The notes: generated by a model from the letters alone, not told the origin. A stretch of DNA of 64,000 nt from Felis catus (GCF_018350175.1 NC_058373.1:109122001-109186000); one strand, 5' to 3'; shown: positions 1-14,889, counted from the stretch's first letter. Made by a program: numbers and translations.

Positions 1-1339
1 GTCAAACTTTGTTTTTTGTTTTTGTTTTTTTAAATAAAAATCCTCTTACTGCCCTTTGGCTGAATTAATCTTTGTGAGAGGTCCATGGAAAAAAAGGAAA
101 GAAAAGTTTCCAGGGAAGAGGGATGTACATATAATTTGACTCATTAAACCAAAAGATGAAAAGTCTCTGAATCCCAAGACTTTTTTGAAGAAGATAAACA
201 AAAGCACACAAAGAAATAAAATGTGACAGATATATAATGAGACTGGTCCAATACTCAGGGGCCCTGTGTTCATTTTCACTGTGTCACTGTGCAAAACCAG
301 CTACCATTTTATTTTAAAATGAAAAGAAAATGCATTTTGTCTGTCTCACTGAGCAAATGATTCCAGCTTAACAAACCCAACCCAGCGGCACTGCACCCAG
401 GGCTTTCTCCATCCTTCTTTTTAGAAAATAAGTTACCAAGGTGAAGCTGTAATGAAGAAAATGGGGCAAAGTAAATGACAGTGAGTACACAGCTGAGGTA
501 ACTTATCACAAGGCACACGCTTCACTGTAATATATCCGATGCCTGTTCTCCCACCCACCATTGACATGAACATGCAGGAAAAGAAAATACACCTGTTTTA
601 TCCTCTTCTTTAAGCAAACAAGAATGGATGTGGTGTGTATATGTTTCATTTTACCACAAAGGATTGTTCTGGCAAAATACACACTTTTTATGAAGGATTA
701 CATAGAACGCCTTTATACTCCGGGAAACAAAGCAGAACAACCACTAAGTAGCATTAAACACAGTGCTGACTCTAAAGTGCTATATGAATTTCTCTTGCAA
801 AAATAAAAAATAAAAATATTTCCTAAAATAAATCTCACCTTAACTGTAATGCTATTTCTCAATAGTGTTCCGTCATTTGCAACCCTGAACCATTTTCTCT
901 AACTCTTACTAATTTTACTGAACCTATTTTCCTATGAACGCTCACTGCTTCTCAATACTAAATTCGGTCTTATTTCAGGTAATTGTGCTTTTTGAAATCA
1001 GTTATTCATTTTTGTGCTGGACCTTACTTTTGTAGCTTCTAAAACACAGAAGTCCAATCTTTTACTTACAAGAGTAAGTGGCATTCAAGCTATGGTAGAT
1101 TGACCTCAGTAGCTAAAAAAAAAAAAAATCCAATAGTTTAAAAATTGAGCTCGTTTTTCATGAGACACAAGCCATGAAAAATATGAAAATGGAGTTGACA
1201 TCCTGCAATTTTAACTTATTTTACTTGAGAGAAAAACAAGGGCTGATTCTCTCTGACCTCATTATGGCTTCTTTTTATTCCTATGTGGACTTCATGAAAC
1301 TGCTACAGATTTCTGAGTAGGAATAATCTAAAATATTTA

Positions 1340-1561
1340 GGGGCACTGGGTGGCTCAGTCGGTTAAGCGACCAACTCTTGATTTCAGCTCAGGTCATGAG
1401 GTCCTGAGATTGAGCTCCATATCAGGCTCCACACTAGGAGTGGAGCCTGTTGAGGATTCTCTCTCTCTCCTGCCTCTCCCCTGCACATGTGCATGCTCTC
1501 TTTCTCTCTCTCAAAAAAATAAAAAATAAAATAAGATAAAATAAAATAAAATAAATAAAAT
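1340..1561 (+). mobile_element. CAN-SINE (older subfamily)
   Basis: ggggcactgggtggctcagtcggttaagcg tRNA-like head, CT-rich body, (AAAAT)n tail. Confidence 0.92.
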
Positions 1562-1869
1562 ATCATTTAGCATATTTTAACCAATATACACATTACAATG
1601 CCCCAAACATGTAATTTCTTAAAATGTTGTTATTTACATACTCTATCTCTGACTCTTTTTTGTTAGTATAACAATCTACTGGGTCTCTGAATTTTTTATT
1701 TAATTTTATTATTAGCCAAATATTTTTTCTTGGTTCACGAATGGATAGAACAAGCTTTATAAACCGAAATTTACTTGCACTATGATTACTCTAACATAAT
1801 GGGTTAAATTCATTTACCTCCTCATCACTTTCAGCTCATTACTTAGGTCTGCTGTGGATGAATGAGGCA

Positions 1870-2030
1870 GAAATATTTAGAATAAGATGATCTGTACTCA
1901 AGTCCTAACTCATTTACTAACTAGCTGGGAAAGTCACTAAACTTTTCTGGTCCTCATTTTGCTCATATCTAAAAGAAAGTATTGAGTTAGACAGGTTCTG
2001 TTGCCCCTCTGAGACTATCATTCTAGGTTA
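1870..2030 (+). mobile_element. MIR fragment
   Basis: Diverged MIR core-like text (tttactaactagctgggaaagtcactaaacttttctggtcctcattttgctcatatctaaaag). Confidence 0.55.
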
Positions 2031-2325
2031 GCAACCCGAAAATAGTTCCACAAGCCATTTTCACACTTACCAACATGGAGGTACAGACACCTTAGGCTAT
2101 GACCAGCTCTAGTCTAAAAGGTATTGTCCTACTATTGCCAAAGAAAGTTTAATCAAACCCTTGTGCAGCCCATTAAGCTGTGACCAATACTAATGTTCTT
2201 TGCTGAAAGAGCATTACTAGTTTTTACTAAGATTCATTGTCTCATTAGTGACCCAATTTCCAAAGTCACCAAGCAGAGGAAATTTCTCTTAAGAAACCTG
2301 AGAAGCAAAATCTCTAAAACTGTTA

Positions 2326-2658
<333 letters not shown>

Positions 2659-2879
2659 CTATTTCAGTAAAAAAGTCATCCAACAAATGTTTAGCTGCGA
2701 CAAAGTCGGCAACATACTGTACTAGATGCTGGGAATGCAAAGTTAAAAGTCACACCTCTGTTCTCAAGGACCTAATTATCCAGGGAGATGGGCTGATGAG
2801 CATATGGAGTGTTACAATGCAGCATCACACAGTAAAACTTTGAGAGTGGTATGGATCTCTCCATAGAAAGAACAGTCTT

Positions 2880-3038
2880 GGAGCACCTGGGTGGCTCAGT
2901 CAGTTGAGCATCTGACTTCGGTTCAGGTCATGGTCTCACAGTTCATGGGTTCAAGCCCCACATGGGGCTCACTGCTGTCAGCACAGAGCCCACTTCAGAT
3001 CCTCTGTCCCACTCTTTCTCTTCCCATCCCTGGCTTGT

Positions 3039-3085
<47 letters not shown>

Positions 3086-3101
3086 AATAAATAAAACATT
3101 A
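2880..3101 (+). mobile_element. CAN-SINE
   Basis: cacctgggtggctcagtcagttgagc head, (CT)n, aaaaataaataaaacatt tail. Imperfect TSD aaagaacagtctt / aaagaacagagtctt. Confidence 0.93.
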
Positions 3102-4609
3102 AGAAAGAACAGAGTCTTAGGTGGTTAGGAAGAGTCTCAGAAAAAAACCTTGATATAATTTCATCAAAGAGCCAACTAAAATAGGGTATTACCTTTCATC
3201 TTAGTCTAGTCTCTGTTTTAGAATTTTTTTTCATAACTAAAATCAAATTTAGTCTGATGTACTTTACTCCACATGGGAAGTGGATTCATATTAATCAATT
3301 ATAAGAAAACAAAATCAACAAAAGTACCCTTGTAACTTGACATGCGGGCACTGGCTGATAAAACTCTACTCTTGATGTGTCTATTTTCACTCTTAAAAAT
3401 TTTTCATTTTATAAATAACTTTATGCTCAAGGAGTGAAAAAGGTATTCACTAGTCTTCTGTAGGATTAATGCAATTGGGAGTGGCGGTGCCCGCAAGGTG
3501 AGCACATTACTGCCTGGCAACCTTGCTCGTACTGGTCTTTGACTCCAGACTGCCAAGGGAAACAGGAAAATTCAAGCTACAGGCAGCCTTCAGAAGAGGG
3601 CACAACTGGCAGAAACATGCTTAGATAGCTCTCTACCGAAGGGTTAGAAGGTTCTTATTGCCTGTAGCTTTCAGACAGGGCAATTAATGACCCAGAATAA
3701 AATGGACACCATCACCACATCTAATCAGAGCATCATAAAGCAAGATGTAATTACAGAAGTCAGTACCACCCATTTGAAAGATGTGTGTAAAAACTCACTT
3801 AGAATCCTCTCCCAGCCCCCTTGGGTAAGTTTCCTTGTCAGAAATTTTTTTCCCTGATAGGCTTTCAGCCCTTCAAATAGAAGTCTTAAGCTGATCTTTC
3901 CATTAAATGATACTGAATAAAGTTTTAATATGAAATGTGTTTCTTTCCTGTACTACATACATTTTAACCTTTAAAAAAATTACCTAAGGCTTGAAATATC
4001 CTGGATATTCCTTTTACTCGGGACTCATGATCAATGAAAAGTTGGTTGCCTCCCTGTGTAGAAGATGAGTCCATCATAAATGTAAAGACCATTAATTAAA
4101 TTATACTTCCAGTATCCTTTCCCTTAATCTTTCCTAATACCGTACATATTATTTTGTATCACTTAAGCAACTCTGTGGCTTTTTTAATACTCCTTATAAT
4201 TCCTATAGGGAGTAGGGATCAACTCACCTATCCTGAAAAATCTCATCTTTGAAGAAAGGAATGCCTAACAGAGCTTTAGAAGCAATTAGCACTTTCCTTC
4301 CACATCAGTTGTTTTCCATAGTAATGTAATGTTTTCTTTATTATATTAATCTTTAATGACTTCTGACATTACTGGTTCAATAGGCACTTATTCAACTCCA
4401 ATGATGGGTGCACCCCTGCAGTAAGCCCCTGGAACTAGAAGGATTAATAAGACACTGTCTTTGCCTTGGAGGAGCTAGCCACAAAGTAGCAGGAGGAAGA
4501 CATGTACAAAAAGTTAAAATACAATGAGAAAAGTGCTAGCACAGGACATGGACAGGGTGACATGGGAGCCCATGTTGCCTAGGAGTCATTACTTATGGCT
4601 TAGAGGTAG

Positions 4610-4830
4610 GAAAAAGATAAGGCTCGAGAACACTTAGGTCTGAGTGCATATCTATCACTTACTACCTCTGTAGCCTAAGTTGTCTTATCTCTAGAAACCT
4701 CACCTGTGAAATGGGATAATGGAGCTCATTTCATAGTCCCATTGCAGGAATTAAATGAAAGGGCTTGAGCTTAGCACAATTTAGCCTTGCACATGGCCAG
4801 GACTAAAGAAATGCTGGCTTTTATTACCCC
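4610..4830 (+). mobile_element. MIR fragment
   Basis: atcacttactacctctgt...cctgtgaaatgggataat...gaattaaatga...gcttagcaca resemble the MIR core and 3' end. Confidence 0.6.
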
Positions 4831-4856
4831 TATCAAACATGAGTACTTATTTTTGT

Positions 4857-5060
4857 TCTTTTTTTTTCAAGTTTACTTATTTTAAGAGAGACAGAGAGAG
4901 CTCAAGTGGGAGAGGGGCAGAGAGAAAGGGAGATAGAGGATCCAAAGAGAGCTCCGTGCTGAGAGCAGACAGCCAATGTGGGTCTCAAACTCATGAACCA
5001 TGAGATCATGACCTGAGCCGAAGTCAGATGCTTAACCAACTGAGCCACCCCAGGTGCCCC
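4857..5060 (-). mobile_element. CAN-SINE
   Basis: Poly-T, (GA)-rich tract, gagatcatgacctgagccgaagtcagatgcttaaccaactgagccaccccaggtgcccc. Confidence 0.93.
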
Positions 5061-8000
5061 TTGAACATGAATATCCTTACAAAGTTTATTGTTGCTTTAG
5101 CTCTCTGGAAAAACAATATACTTTTTTTCTTTTTCTTTTTCTTTTTTTTATTTTCCACCCTGTTCTGAATTCTGTATCTTGGCTGTTGAGATTCTAGGCA
5201 AAATTAAGGAAATATCTCAGCATGAACCTGAAGATATTTCAAGCACTAGCTAATATTAATATTTTTCTCAAGTTGAAAATGAAATTAGTGCTAGAAAAGC
5301 CAAAAAGTAAAAATAATTTTAAAATATATACACACATGCATAAACATTATACTGAATAGCTTAATGGGAAAATGAACCATTCTGTTTCTATTCCATTTAC
5401 CTTACAGGATTTTTAATGTTTTGGATTCATTTTGGTTAGCAGTCATTTTATGTCCTTTTAATTATGTCTTTCAGGATTCATGCTTCAAATGAAACCCTCC
5501 AATGTAAGCAATATTCTCTGTTCAGTGGCATATCAAAAGAGGATTTTATTACATATTAATTGCATCTTCCCTTTTTTGTTTCACTTCACTTATGACACTA
5601 ATTCATTTATTATTTTTATAGGTGCCATATACTAAAGTTCAAATGTCATAAAGTGACAAGTTAAAACTAAGTTAAAATAGACCAAAGTCACACCCAGTGG
5701 CAAGCTCATTCCCTATCCTTAGATAGAGCATGTGCCTTACATGCTGTGTCTGTCATTGAAATATGAGTATAGATTATTTTTTCCGTAAATGAAGGCACTG
5801 ACAAGTGTCTTAGGCAAGACAAAACTTAGTTTTAAGTGATAAAATTATCATTCAAGATGACTCTAACACCTGCTCCATTAGTCCTAATTTCAATGTACTC
5901 TGCCTTGAATGTCATATGCAATCTCTTGTGGATAAGGTCCTTACTGGGTATCTTATAGTTATAAACAAATAAAATTACATTTCAGTAGAAAATACTCATA
6001 TTAAAAATGAGTATCCCCTCTTCATGTCAGGATAGTTATAAATTAGATTCTTAATTAAGACAATGGATAAATTTTCTCTTTGGAAGAGCTATAGCCATAT
6101 ACAAGGAGTCATTCTTAGAATTCTGCAACCAACCCTGGAAAAAGAAAAAAAAATGCCATGGTCTGAAGAAGGAAACTTTTTGAAATTCATTGACTTATGA
6201 TACCGAGGACACATAGAGTCATTCATTTAACTCGTAGTTAGTAAGAGTTGGTTATACACTTGTTAACATGTGGGCTACTATGCACGTCCTCCAGATCCAA
6301 GAGCAAAACTTTCAGTGCCTGTATCCCTAGAGCTTCCAGTCACGAATAGCTTAAAAAATGACTATTCTTAGTCCAGTGCCCCATTTTACAGATAAGGCAA
6401 ATGTATAACATAAAGTTTATGTGATTTGTTCAAGGCCTCTCAATAAGTTACTAGCAAAACCCAAAACTCTTTGGGTTCCAGTTTTTAAGCCATGCTCCTC
6501 AACGAAGCTCAACCAGGAACAAAATGTGACATCTGGCACTCTTTTATGTTTTCTAGGTCTTTGAATACTACAAAAAATATAGATGCTGATTTATGAAAAT
6601 CATTTAATGTCCAATTAATCAAAATATGGCTTTTTTTATTAAGAAATCACTGATGTGCATACCACCACCACCACCAAAGAGCAGCCTAGATTTCCTTGCA
6701 GATTTGTTTCCATTTCTAAACACTTTAATTTCAGCTTCAGATAAATGTATTGCCGTATTTTAGTGTGTGGGTGAAGACATAAGGATGCACTGACAAATTA
6801 TTTATCTCATTACTATTTGCCAAAAGGAAGTAATCTTATTTGAAATATAAGTTTCAGTGTATAGATGAAAAGGACCTGAGCTATATATTAGCATGGAGTA
6901 AACATATTTGATAAATGTCATTTTCCCCATCACTTTTATTCATTATGATACTAGTAATGTTGCAAAAGCTTAGAAAAGCAAGCCTAAAAACTTGAATTAG
7001 AAGCCAAAGAGTTAAGATTCTCTAAGGAAATGGTTGACTATACAAAGCCCAAAGAACAAGGTTTTATCCTCTCTATTATTAATTATTTGAAATACACTTA
7101 AACATGCATTTTAACAATCCTTATATAAAATGTAGGAAATCAAAAACCTATAAAGAAGAAAATAAGATTTCTCCATTACTTACATATCTATATACATACA
7201 TACCATTTTCGTGAAACCTGACTCTCCAAACCTTTATTTCTTCCTGTGTTTATATCACATTATAATCACTTCCCATGCCATGAAATATGGATTTAAAAAC
7301 ATAATTTGAATCACTGCATAATACTCCATCATACAATTATAACACAATTAACCACTGCATTGTTATTGGATATCAAGATTTGTAGTTTTCCCTTTCATAA
7401 ATCAAGGTACAACAAATACTCTGTACTTTTGTCAGATTGTCTGAGGACAGATTCTTTTAGAAGAAAAGTGAGTGGGCAAAATATAAAAACATTTTCAAGG
7501 ATCTTGCCAACTTATTTCCCAGAAAAGGCACAGCAAATTACTCTCTAAGCCAGAAGTGTATGAGACTATCTTACATCTTTTTAATAATCACCCTCCCCTC
7601 AATTTTTCATTCATTTGCATTTGAAAAAGAAAAGGCAATTTTACCTGAAACAAAAAATGGAATTGTACATGGCTTGTATGGAATTGTATATGGAACTGTA
7701 ATGAGACAGAATGTTGAGCTTTATTTAATCTTAGTGAAGGTGGTCTCCTACCACTACTCCCTAGTTTAGTGACAACAGACTGACTGCTTTTATTCAATCT
7801 ACAACAAATTTCTAATGTGAAAATGAGGATAATGGTGATACTTCCATTTTAAGCTTCTGAAATTAGTGAACAAAACAAGGGCCCCTTTTGACATTTCTCA
7901 CTGCTCTAAAATAAATTGATTTTTTTATTATCTACAAAATCTTATATCAGGGGTAATATAGTGACAGTTATTTTTAATAATAATTGATAAGTGAAGATGA

Positions 8001-8881
8001 TCCCCCCGTTCTCTTTCTTAGGACAAAGGAATAAATGCATTAATGACATTTTGATAGGCAATGAAGTTACCACTGACATTCTTCAAAATCCCTGCTTCCT
8101 TTGATGCAATTAAGTTATGCATTGCTAATTAATCTCCCCTCACGGATCCAACCGAATTGGTATTAAATTAGTGAAAACCAGTGGAGAGAGTAAGGCAAGT
8201 GACATTTGCACATAAAACATTTTTACAATCTTTCTTGGGAATGAGGAGCTCTAAGACTGCCAACAAATGAAGTAAAGTTCGCTACAGAAATTCAATTCTC
8301 ATTCATTTTATGGGAAGAAAAAAGGTTCACCTTATTTTTTTTTTCAAGTATAACCAGGCAGCCATGAGGACCAAGGGAGAGCAGCTGTCTGGAGGTTAGT
8401 CTGCCAATTTCTGGGGTATCCAAACCTCCAAGGAATTAACTCAGGAACAATGTAATGAAATAAAACCAAAGCAAATTAACTTCCATTATTTAAAAGTAAA
8501 AGGTCATATTTAGCAACAGAAGACTGATATGATCAGTGAGAGATTATAGGTTAAAATTCATAGGTTTCACTTTAGAGACAAATTTTCTGCAAATAGACCA
8601 CATATACAAAAGTGAGACTTAAGATTTTGTTTAAAAAATGTAGTGAACCCATTCTACCAAATTCTTCATAGTTTTGGTTCTGCAGTAAAGTGAGCAATAA
8701 AAAGAAACAAATAGCAATTGTTACGATTTTTTAGCTTGTTAAAGGTGCTAATGTTCTAGACCACTAACTTTCCAAATTTAGGGCTCTGATAAAATTTAGA
8801 TTTTCTATTGTTCTCTATTCTTAATCTCATGTGTGTACTCTTTCATGTGCATGTATTTGACTAAATAAGAATACTTTTGCA

Positions 8882-9346
8882 GAGGAACCGAATAGACATT
8901 TTTCCAAAGAAGACATACAGATGGTCAACAGACACGTGGAAAAGATGCTCAACATCACTCATCATCAGGGAAATGCAAATCAAAACCACGATGAGATACC
9001 ACCTCACACCTCTCAGAATGGCTAAAATGAAGAAGACAAGAAACAATATGTGTTGATGAGGATGGGGAGAAAAAGGAAACTTTGTACACTGTTACTAGGA
9101 ATGTAAGTTGGTATAGCCACTGTGGAAAACATTATGGAGATTCCTCAAAAAACTAAAAATAGAAATAGCATATGATTCAATAATTCTACTATTGGGTATT
9201 TACCCCGGGGAAATGAAAACACTAATTCAAAAAGACATATTCATCCCTGTGTTTACTGCAGCATTATTCACAGTAGCCAAGACATGGAAGCAACCCAAGT
9301 GTCCATCAATAAATGAATAGATAAGGAAAATATGGCGTGCGCACAT

Positions 9347-9390
<44 letters not shown>

Positions 9391-9865
9391 GAATATTACA
9401 CAGCCATAAGAAGGATGAGGTCATGTTATTTGTCACAACATGGATGGACATGGAGGGTATTATGCTAAGTGAAATAGGTCAACCTGATAAAGACAAATAT
9501 CATATGACTCCACTCACAAGTGGGATCTAAAGAAATAAACAAAAAGCAGAATCAGAACTATAAATGCAGAGAACAAACTGATGGTTGTCAGAGGGAAGGA
9601 GGGTGGGGAGTTGGGCAAAAAGGATGAAAGGGAGAGAGAGATACAAATCTCCAGTTATGGAATGAGTAAGTCATGGGAATAAAAAGCAGAGCATAAGGAA
9701 TACAGTCAACAATATTGTAATGGCAATGCAATGGGACAGATGGTAGCTATACTTGTGGTGAATATAGCATAATGTATAAACTTGTCAAATCACTAACCTG
9801 TATACCTGAAAATATATTCTACATTGTATGTCAACTATATTCAAAATTTTTAAAAAGTGAAAAAG
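8882..9865 (+). mobile_element. 5'-truncated carnivore L1 (ORF2 C-terminal end plus 3' UTR)
   Basis: Typical L1 3' text (aatagacatttttccaaagaagacatacagatgg...tatgctaagtgaaatag), internal (CA)n at 9346-9388. Degenerate TSD agaatacttttgca (8868) / agaatgcttttcca (9866). Confidence 0.9.
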
Positions 9866-10024
9866 AGAATGCTTTTCCACATGTTAAAGTATTTTCTAAA
9901 CTTAGAAATAAATTTTAAAATATATTTGAATTATCCAGAAGAATGGAAACAATTCTGGAAACAATCTGGCAATGATCCTTTTAAAGTCACCTATGATAAA
10001 TAATGCTCCAGCTTCTTTAAAAGA

Positions 10025-10091
10025 ATGACCCACTCATATACTGTGGTAGAAGTGAATTTGTACTCCCACTACCTGACTATAATGACAAAAG

Positions 10092-10139
<48 letters not shown>

Positions 10140-10880
10140 CTAAGACCCAACAATTCCATTCCACTTTGGGTATATGCCTAACAGAAATGTCTGTATATAT
10201 GCACCAAACCACATAAACAAGAGCATTTGTAGGAGCACTATTCATAATAGCTCCAAGTTGAAAATTAAACAAAAAGGGGCCCCTGGGTGGCTCAGTTGGT
10301 TAGGTGTCCGACTTTGGCTCAGGTCATGATCTCATGGTTTGTGGGTTCAAGCCCGTTTCAGGCTCTGTGCTAATAGCTCAGATCCTGGAGCCTGCTTTGG
10401 ATTCTGTGTCTCCCTTTCTTTCTGCTCCTCCCCCATTCATGCTCTGTCTTTCTCTGTCTTTCAAAAATAAATAAAATTTTAAAAATATTAAAAAAAAAAG
10501 AAAATTAAACAAAGATCCATAAACATTAGAATAGATAAATACATTGTGGTATGTTCACACAATGGACTGTTATCAGCAAAAAAAAAATGGAAAAAGAAAC
10601 AACTACACATAACATAGATCAATTTCAACAACACAATGTTGACTGAAAAGAGCCTAACACAAAAGAGTATATTCTACATAATTCCACTTATATAAAGTTC
10701 AACAACTGGCAAAATCAATATGTGGTTGTAGAAGTCAAGATATGGGTTACTGTGGAGGGGCAAAGCTGGCTAATGTCTGGAGAAAACATGGAAGGACTTC
10801 CAGTAATGAGGTGTTGGGGTGCTGGCTAAATACATTTGTTCACTTTGTGAAAATTTATTAAGCTGTTCATTTATAATATA
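10025..10880 (+). mobile_element. Ancient L1 (L1ME-like) 3' fragment, interrupted by (TA)n and a SINE
   Basis: gacccaacaattcca...agcactattcataatagc...aattccacttatataaagttc L1 3' motifs. Confidence 0.7.
10276..10499 (+). mobile_element. CAN-SINE (felid type)
   Basis: Full head, body and tail. Perfect 14-bp TSD gaaaattaaacaaa at 10260 and 10500. Confidence 0.95.
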
Positions 10881-10910
10881 ATTTTCCCACACTTCAGTAA
10901 TATATTTTAA

Positions 10911-11137
10911 TTTTTTTAACATTTATTTATTTTTGAGAGAGAGCATGTGCATATGTGCATGTGTGAGATGGGGAGAGGGAGAGGGAGAGGGAGAGGGAGA
11001 GAGAGAGAGAGAGAGAGAATCTCAAGCAGGCTCTGCACTGTCAGCGCTGAACCCCACATGGGGCTCAATCCCATGAACCATGAGATCATGATCCGAGCCA
11101 AGATCAAAAAGTCAAGCACTTAACCAACAGACGGCCT
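10911..11137 (-). mobile_element. CAN-SINE with ~10-bp deletion in the A-box region
   Basis: Head reads taaccaac-agacggcct, lacking tgagccaccc. TSD agtaatatattttaa (10896) / agtattatattttaa (11138). Confidence 0.9.
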
Positions 11138-12339
11138 AGTATTATATTTTAATTTTAAAAGATTACTTAAAAAATCACACACACACACACACACACACGT
11201 TAATAATGTGAAGATAGATATGTTAATTAGTTTGATTGTAGTAAATAATTTCACTATGCATATGTAATCAAATCATGTTTTACACTTTAAATATATACAT
11301 TTTTATTTTTAAAAAGTTATTTTTAAACAAATAGGTATTGTCTAAAGAGAATGAATGAAACAAAAATTGAGCTGTTAAACCAATAGTGACAGCTATTTCT
11401 AGAATGATTATGATTGTGAAAGCTTGTGTCTCAACCGACTTTTATTCCAATAGAGCAAACTAAAATTCCAGAAGATGTGCATCAGTATTCTTTCAAATTA
11501 TTTATGCAATTTAATATATCTACCCATATATGTGTGTGTACATATATATACTTATACCAACTATAGAAAGTAAAGGTAATCCAAAGAAGTAGAGTAGTAA
11601 ATGAAGCAAAAGATATGTGGGTCAGTCATTTATATTGCATTTAATTCTAAAAAGAATTTGAGATCTGATTATTTGATTGTATAAAAGAATATATATAAGT
11701 GCCAGTACACATTTATGTCTATATATACATGTGTATATACAGATAGATTAAATCAAGTATATATAAAATAATAGCTAAAAATTTATGTTGCTTAAAAAGG
11801 TTGGGAGATTATTAACTGGAAGAAAAACAGTAAAGTAAGACAGAGTATCAATGTTTGAACAATTGGGATCACACTGAAACATTTTTTCACAGCTCTAACA
11901 CTCATATATAGATTACAGATGTGGTGCCTAGATATAGCTATTGGTGTATTTATATGTAAGATAACTTTACTATAAAATAAGGAATCTTTCAGAGAACACT
12001 AAGCTCTTCCAGTCACTCTCCCAATATGCTGACATTCATCAGACTAGACCTCGATCAATGTGTTCTTATTGAATAAAGCCTGTTATGTTATTATATGTAG
12101 TTGAAATAGGATAGCAATATCAGACTAAGCTTTCTGGTAAATTAAGTCCTTCACTGTAAGTAAAGTGCCTCAGGAATTTAGCTCTCTGGGACCACTGGAA
12201 TAGATAAAAGGGTACAGTTATTTGAATATTTATATGCACAAGTATGCTTTCTAGAGTTTTTATGGCAGTAATTCATCATAAGCAAAAGGTAAGAAACAAT
12301 GTATAGACTATAATAAATATAATGAAAACATAACGTGTA

Positions 12340-13610
12340 TAATAAATACAATTTTAAAAGTTAAGAAAATGAAAAGATTGGCCTTAGATTGAAAGAAGAT
12401 ATTTATAATACATATATCCTACAAAGGAGTCCTATCCAAGATATATGAAAAATTCCCACAAGTCAATAGGATAAAGGTGGAAACCCAATTTTTTATAAAA
12501 TACTAACAAGATGTGAACAATTTACAAGATAGATGATCTAAATGGCCACTGATTTTAAAAGGTGTTCAAAACCATTAAGTATGGGAAAATGCCAGTTGGA
12601 ACCACAATTAGATACAACTACACCTGCACCATAATGGCTAAATGTAAAAGGCCAACAACATGCCAAGACTTGGAGAACATGTGGAGCAGTTGGAACTCTC
12701 ACGTATTCTAGTGGAGTTGTCACCACTTTTCTAAACTCCTTGACAACTTCTAATAAAACTAAATTGCTATCAATACCATAACCCATCAATTTCACTCTTA
12801 TGTATATACATTAGAGAAATGTATAAAGATATTCATAAAAAGACATGTACAAGAATTTTATATCTTTATTCCTAATAGCCAAAACTTAGAATAAACCCTA
12901 AGTTAATGCCCATTAGCTGTAGAATGAACAATATCCATGAAATTGAATACTTTATATATACTGTATAATTCCGCTTCTATGAAGTTTGGCATCAAAATAC
13001 CAGTTACAGGAAACAGCCCAATGCACATCAACTAATGAATGGAAAAAAGAAAATGTGGTAAATCCATACAAAAGAATACTATGCAGTCATAAAAAGAAAT
13101 GAAGTACCAATACACACTACAACAGGAGGAATCTTGAAAGCATGCTAAGTGAAAGAAGCCAGTCACAAAAGACCACATATCTTATGACTCCACTTATATG
13201 AAATGCCCAGAATTAGCAAATCTATAGAGACACAAAGTAGATTAGTCCTTTCCAAGGGCTTAGAGGAAGGGGAGAATAGAAAGTAATTGCTAATGGAATG
13301 GTGTTGTTTTTTTTTTTTTGAGGTGACGATGATGTTCTGGATAGTGATGATGGTTTCACGACATTGTGAATTCACCAAAAACCACTGAACTATACGCTTT
13401 TAAATGATGAAGTTTATGATAACGTGAATTACATCTCAATTTTTAAAATAGTGGTTACTTCAGAAGGGCACAGTAATTGCTTTGACAAAATTAGAATGGG
13501 ATAGCATTCTAGGGTGATAAAAATTTTATCTTCATCTGAGTAGCCATTACATGGTATTTACATATATGGAAATCTATCCATCTGTCTGCCTAACATTTGT
13601 ATATGTATAT
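12340..13610 (+). mobile_element. Cluster of old L1 ORF2/3' fragments, including an L1MB-like 3' end at ~13010-13447
   Basis: gaaagaagatatttataatacatatatcctacaaagg; tgctaagtgaaagaagccagtcacaaaagaccacatat; gaattacatctcaat. Confidence 0.75.
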
Positions 13611-14889
13611 GTGTGGATGTATGTGTGTATGCGCCTTTATACGATAAAATGCAATATGGAAAATCATAACTGTCACCATTCCCAACCACTAAAAATATTG
13701 GCAATAGGCAAATTTGGTCAAAATTAAGTTGCAATATCTATGGGATAAAACACTGCAAGGCACAGGACTACCTAATTTTATTCAATAATTACATAGTACT
13801 GGTATATGGTGTCTATAATATGTGAAACACATATAGAAGGTGGCATTAAAAATGGTTCCAAACAGTTCCTGCATGCAGTTTGCTTGCCAATCTCACCAGG
13901 AAGACAAGACAAATTTACTAAGTCAGTCAAAGCTAGAGGGAAAGGCTACCATGTTGCAAAAGGAAGCCAACTTTGGAGGAAATAATATGCAGCAGATCAG
14001 AGAAGGGTATAAGTAAGGAATGTTTGGGGGAAAGTTGCCATAGGCACAGGCAAAGTGAAATGTTGGCCATTTTACAGCTAATCAACTTTGTGATTAGAGC
14101 TAATCAACCTCTATTTTCATTTCATATAACAGAAGCAGCTTTTCTTAAATGATTGGTACATCATAGTCAATTCTATCACTAAATGTAGTCTCTACTATCT
14201 TAACTAAGTTTGTATCAGTGCTATTGATAAGAGTTGAAAACACGACAGTGAACATTGCTAGTTATTTATTTACTTAATAGTATGTATGTTGTCATGGTGA
14301 CTAAAATTTTACAACGTTAATTAAACAGACTTTTCTTATTTGCATGAGCCTATTCAGTAGCACAGGGGGAATGTATGTGTTTTTTAAGTTTAAGAAATTC
14401 CTTTAAAACTTAATTAGTATTCTACATACGCTAGAAACCAAATTATCATCTTTTTGATACAGCATGTTATGTTGACATTATGAAAAGGACTTTGGGGAAA
14501 TAGGCCCTAAATGAATGTTGGTTTATGTATTACTTATACTGATATTTGTCACCAATACCTTCATTGCTGGGAATCAAGACATGTCAGTAATCAAACTTAT
14601 TACAATTGTCATCATCCAGAAAATAGCCATGAATAAGTAAAATAGCCAGAGTAAGTAAAAATGTCCACAAATAGGAGAAAAGACAGCCACAGAGTGTGTA
14701 GGATGTACATGTAACAGATGCCCTTGAGCGTCACTTAATGCCTCAAGGAAACCACCAGAGTCCCAGATACCGCAGACGTGATCTGACTTCAGCCCAGGGC
14801 AGATCAAAGAGAGCAGACTGAGTGGTAAATGTATTGACTATAAGGAAAAACAATAGAGAGGCTAATGCCAAACAAATATTCCAAAAAAG

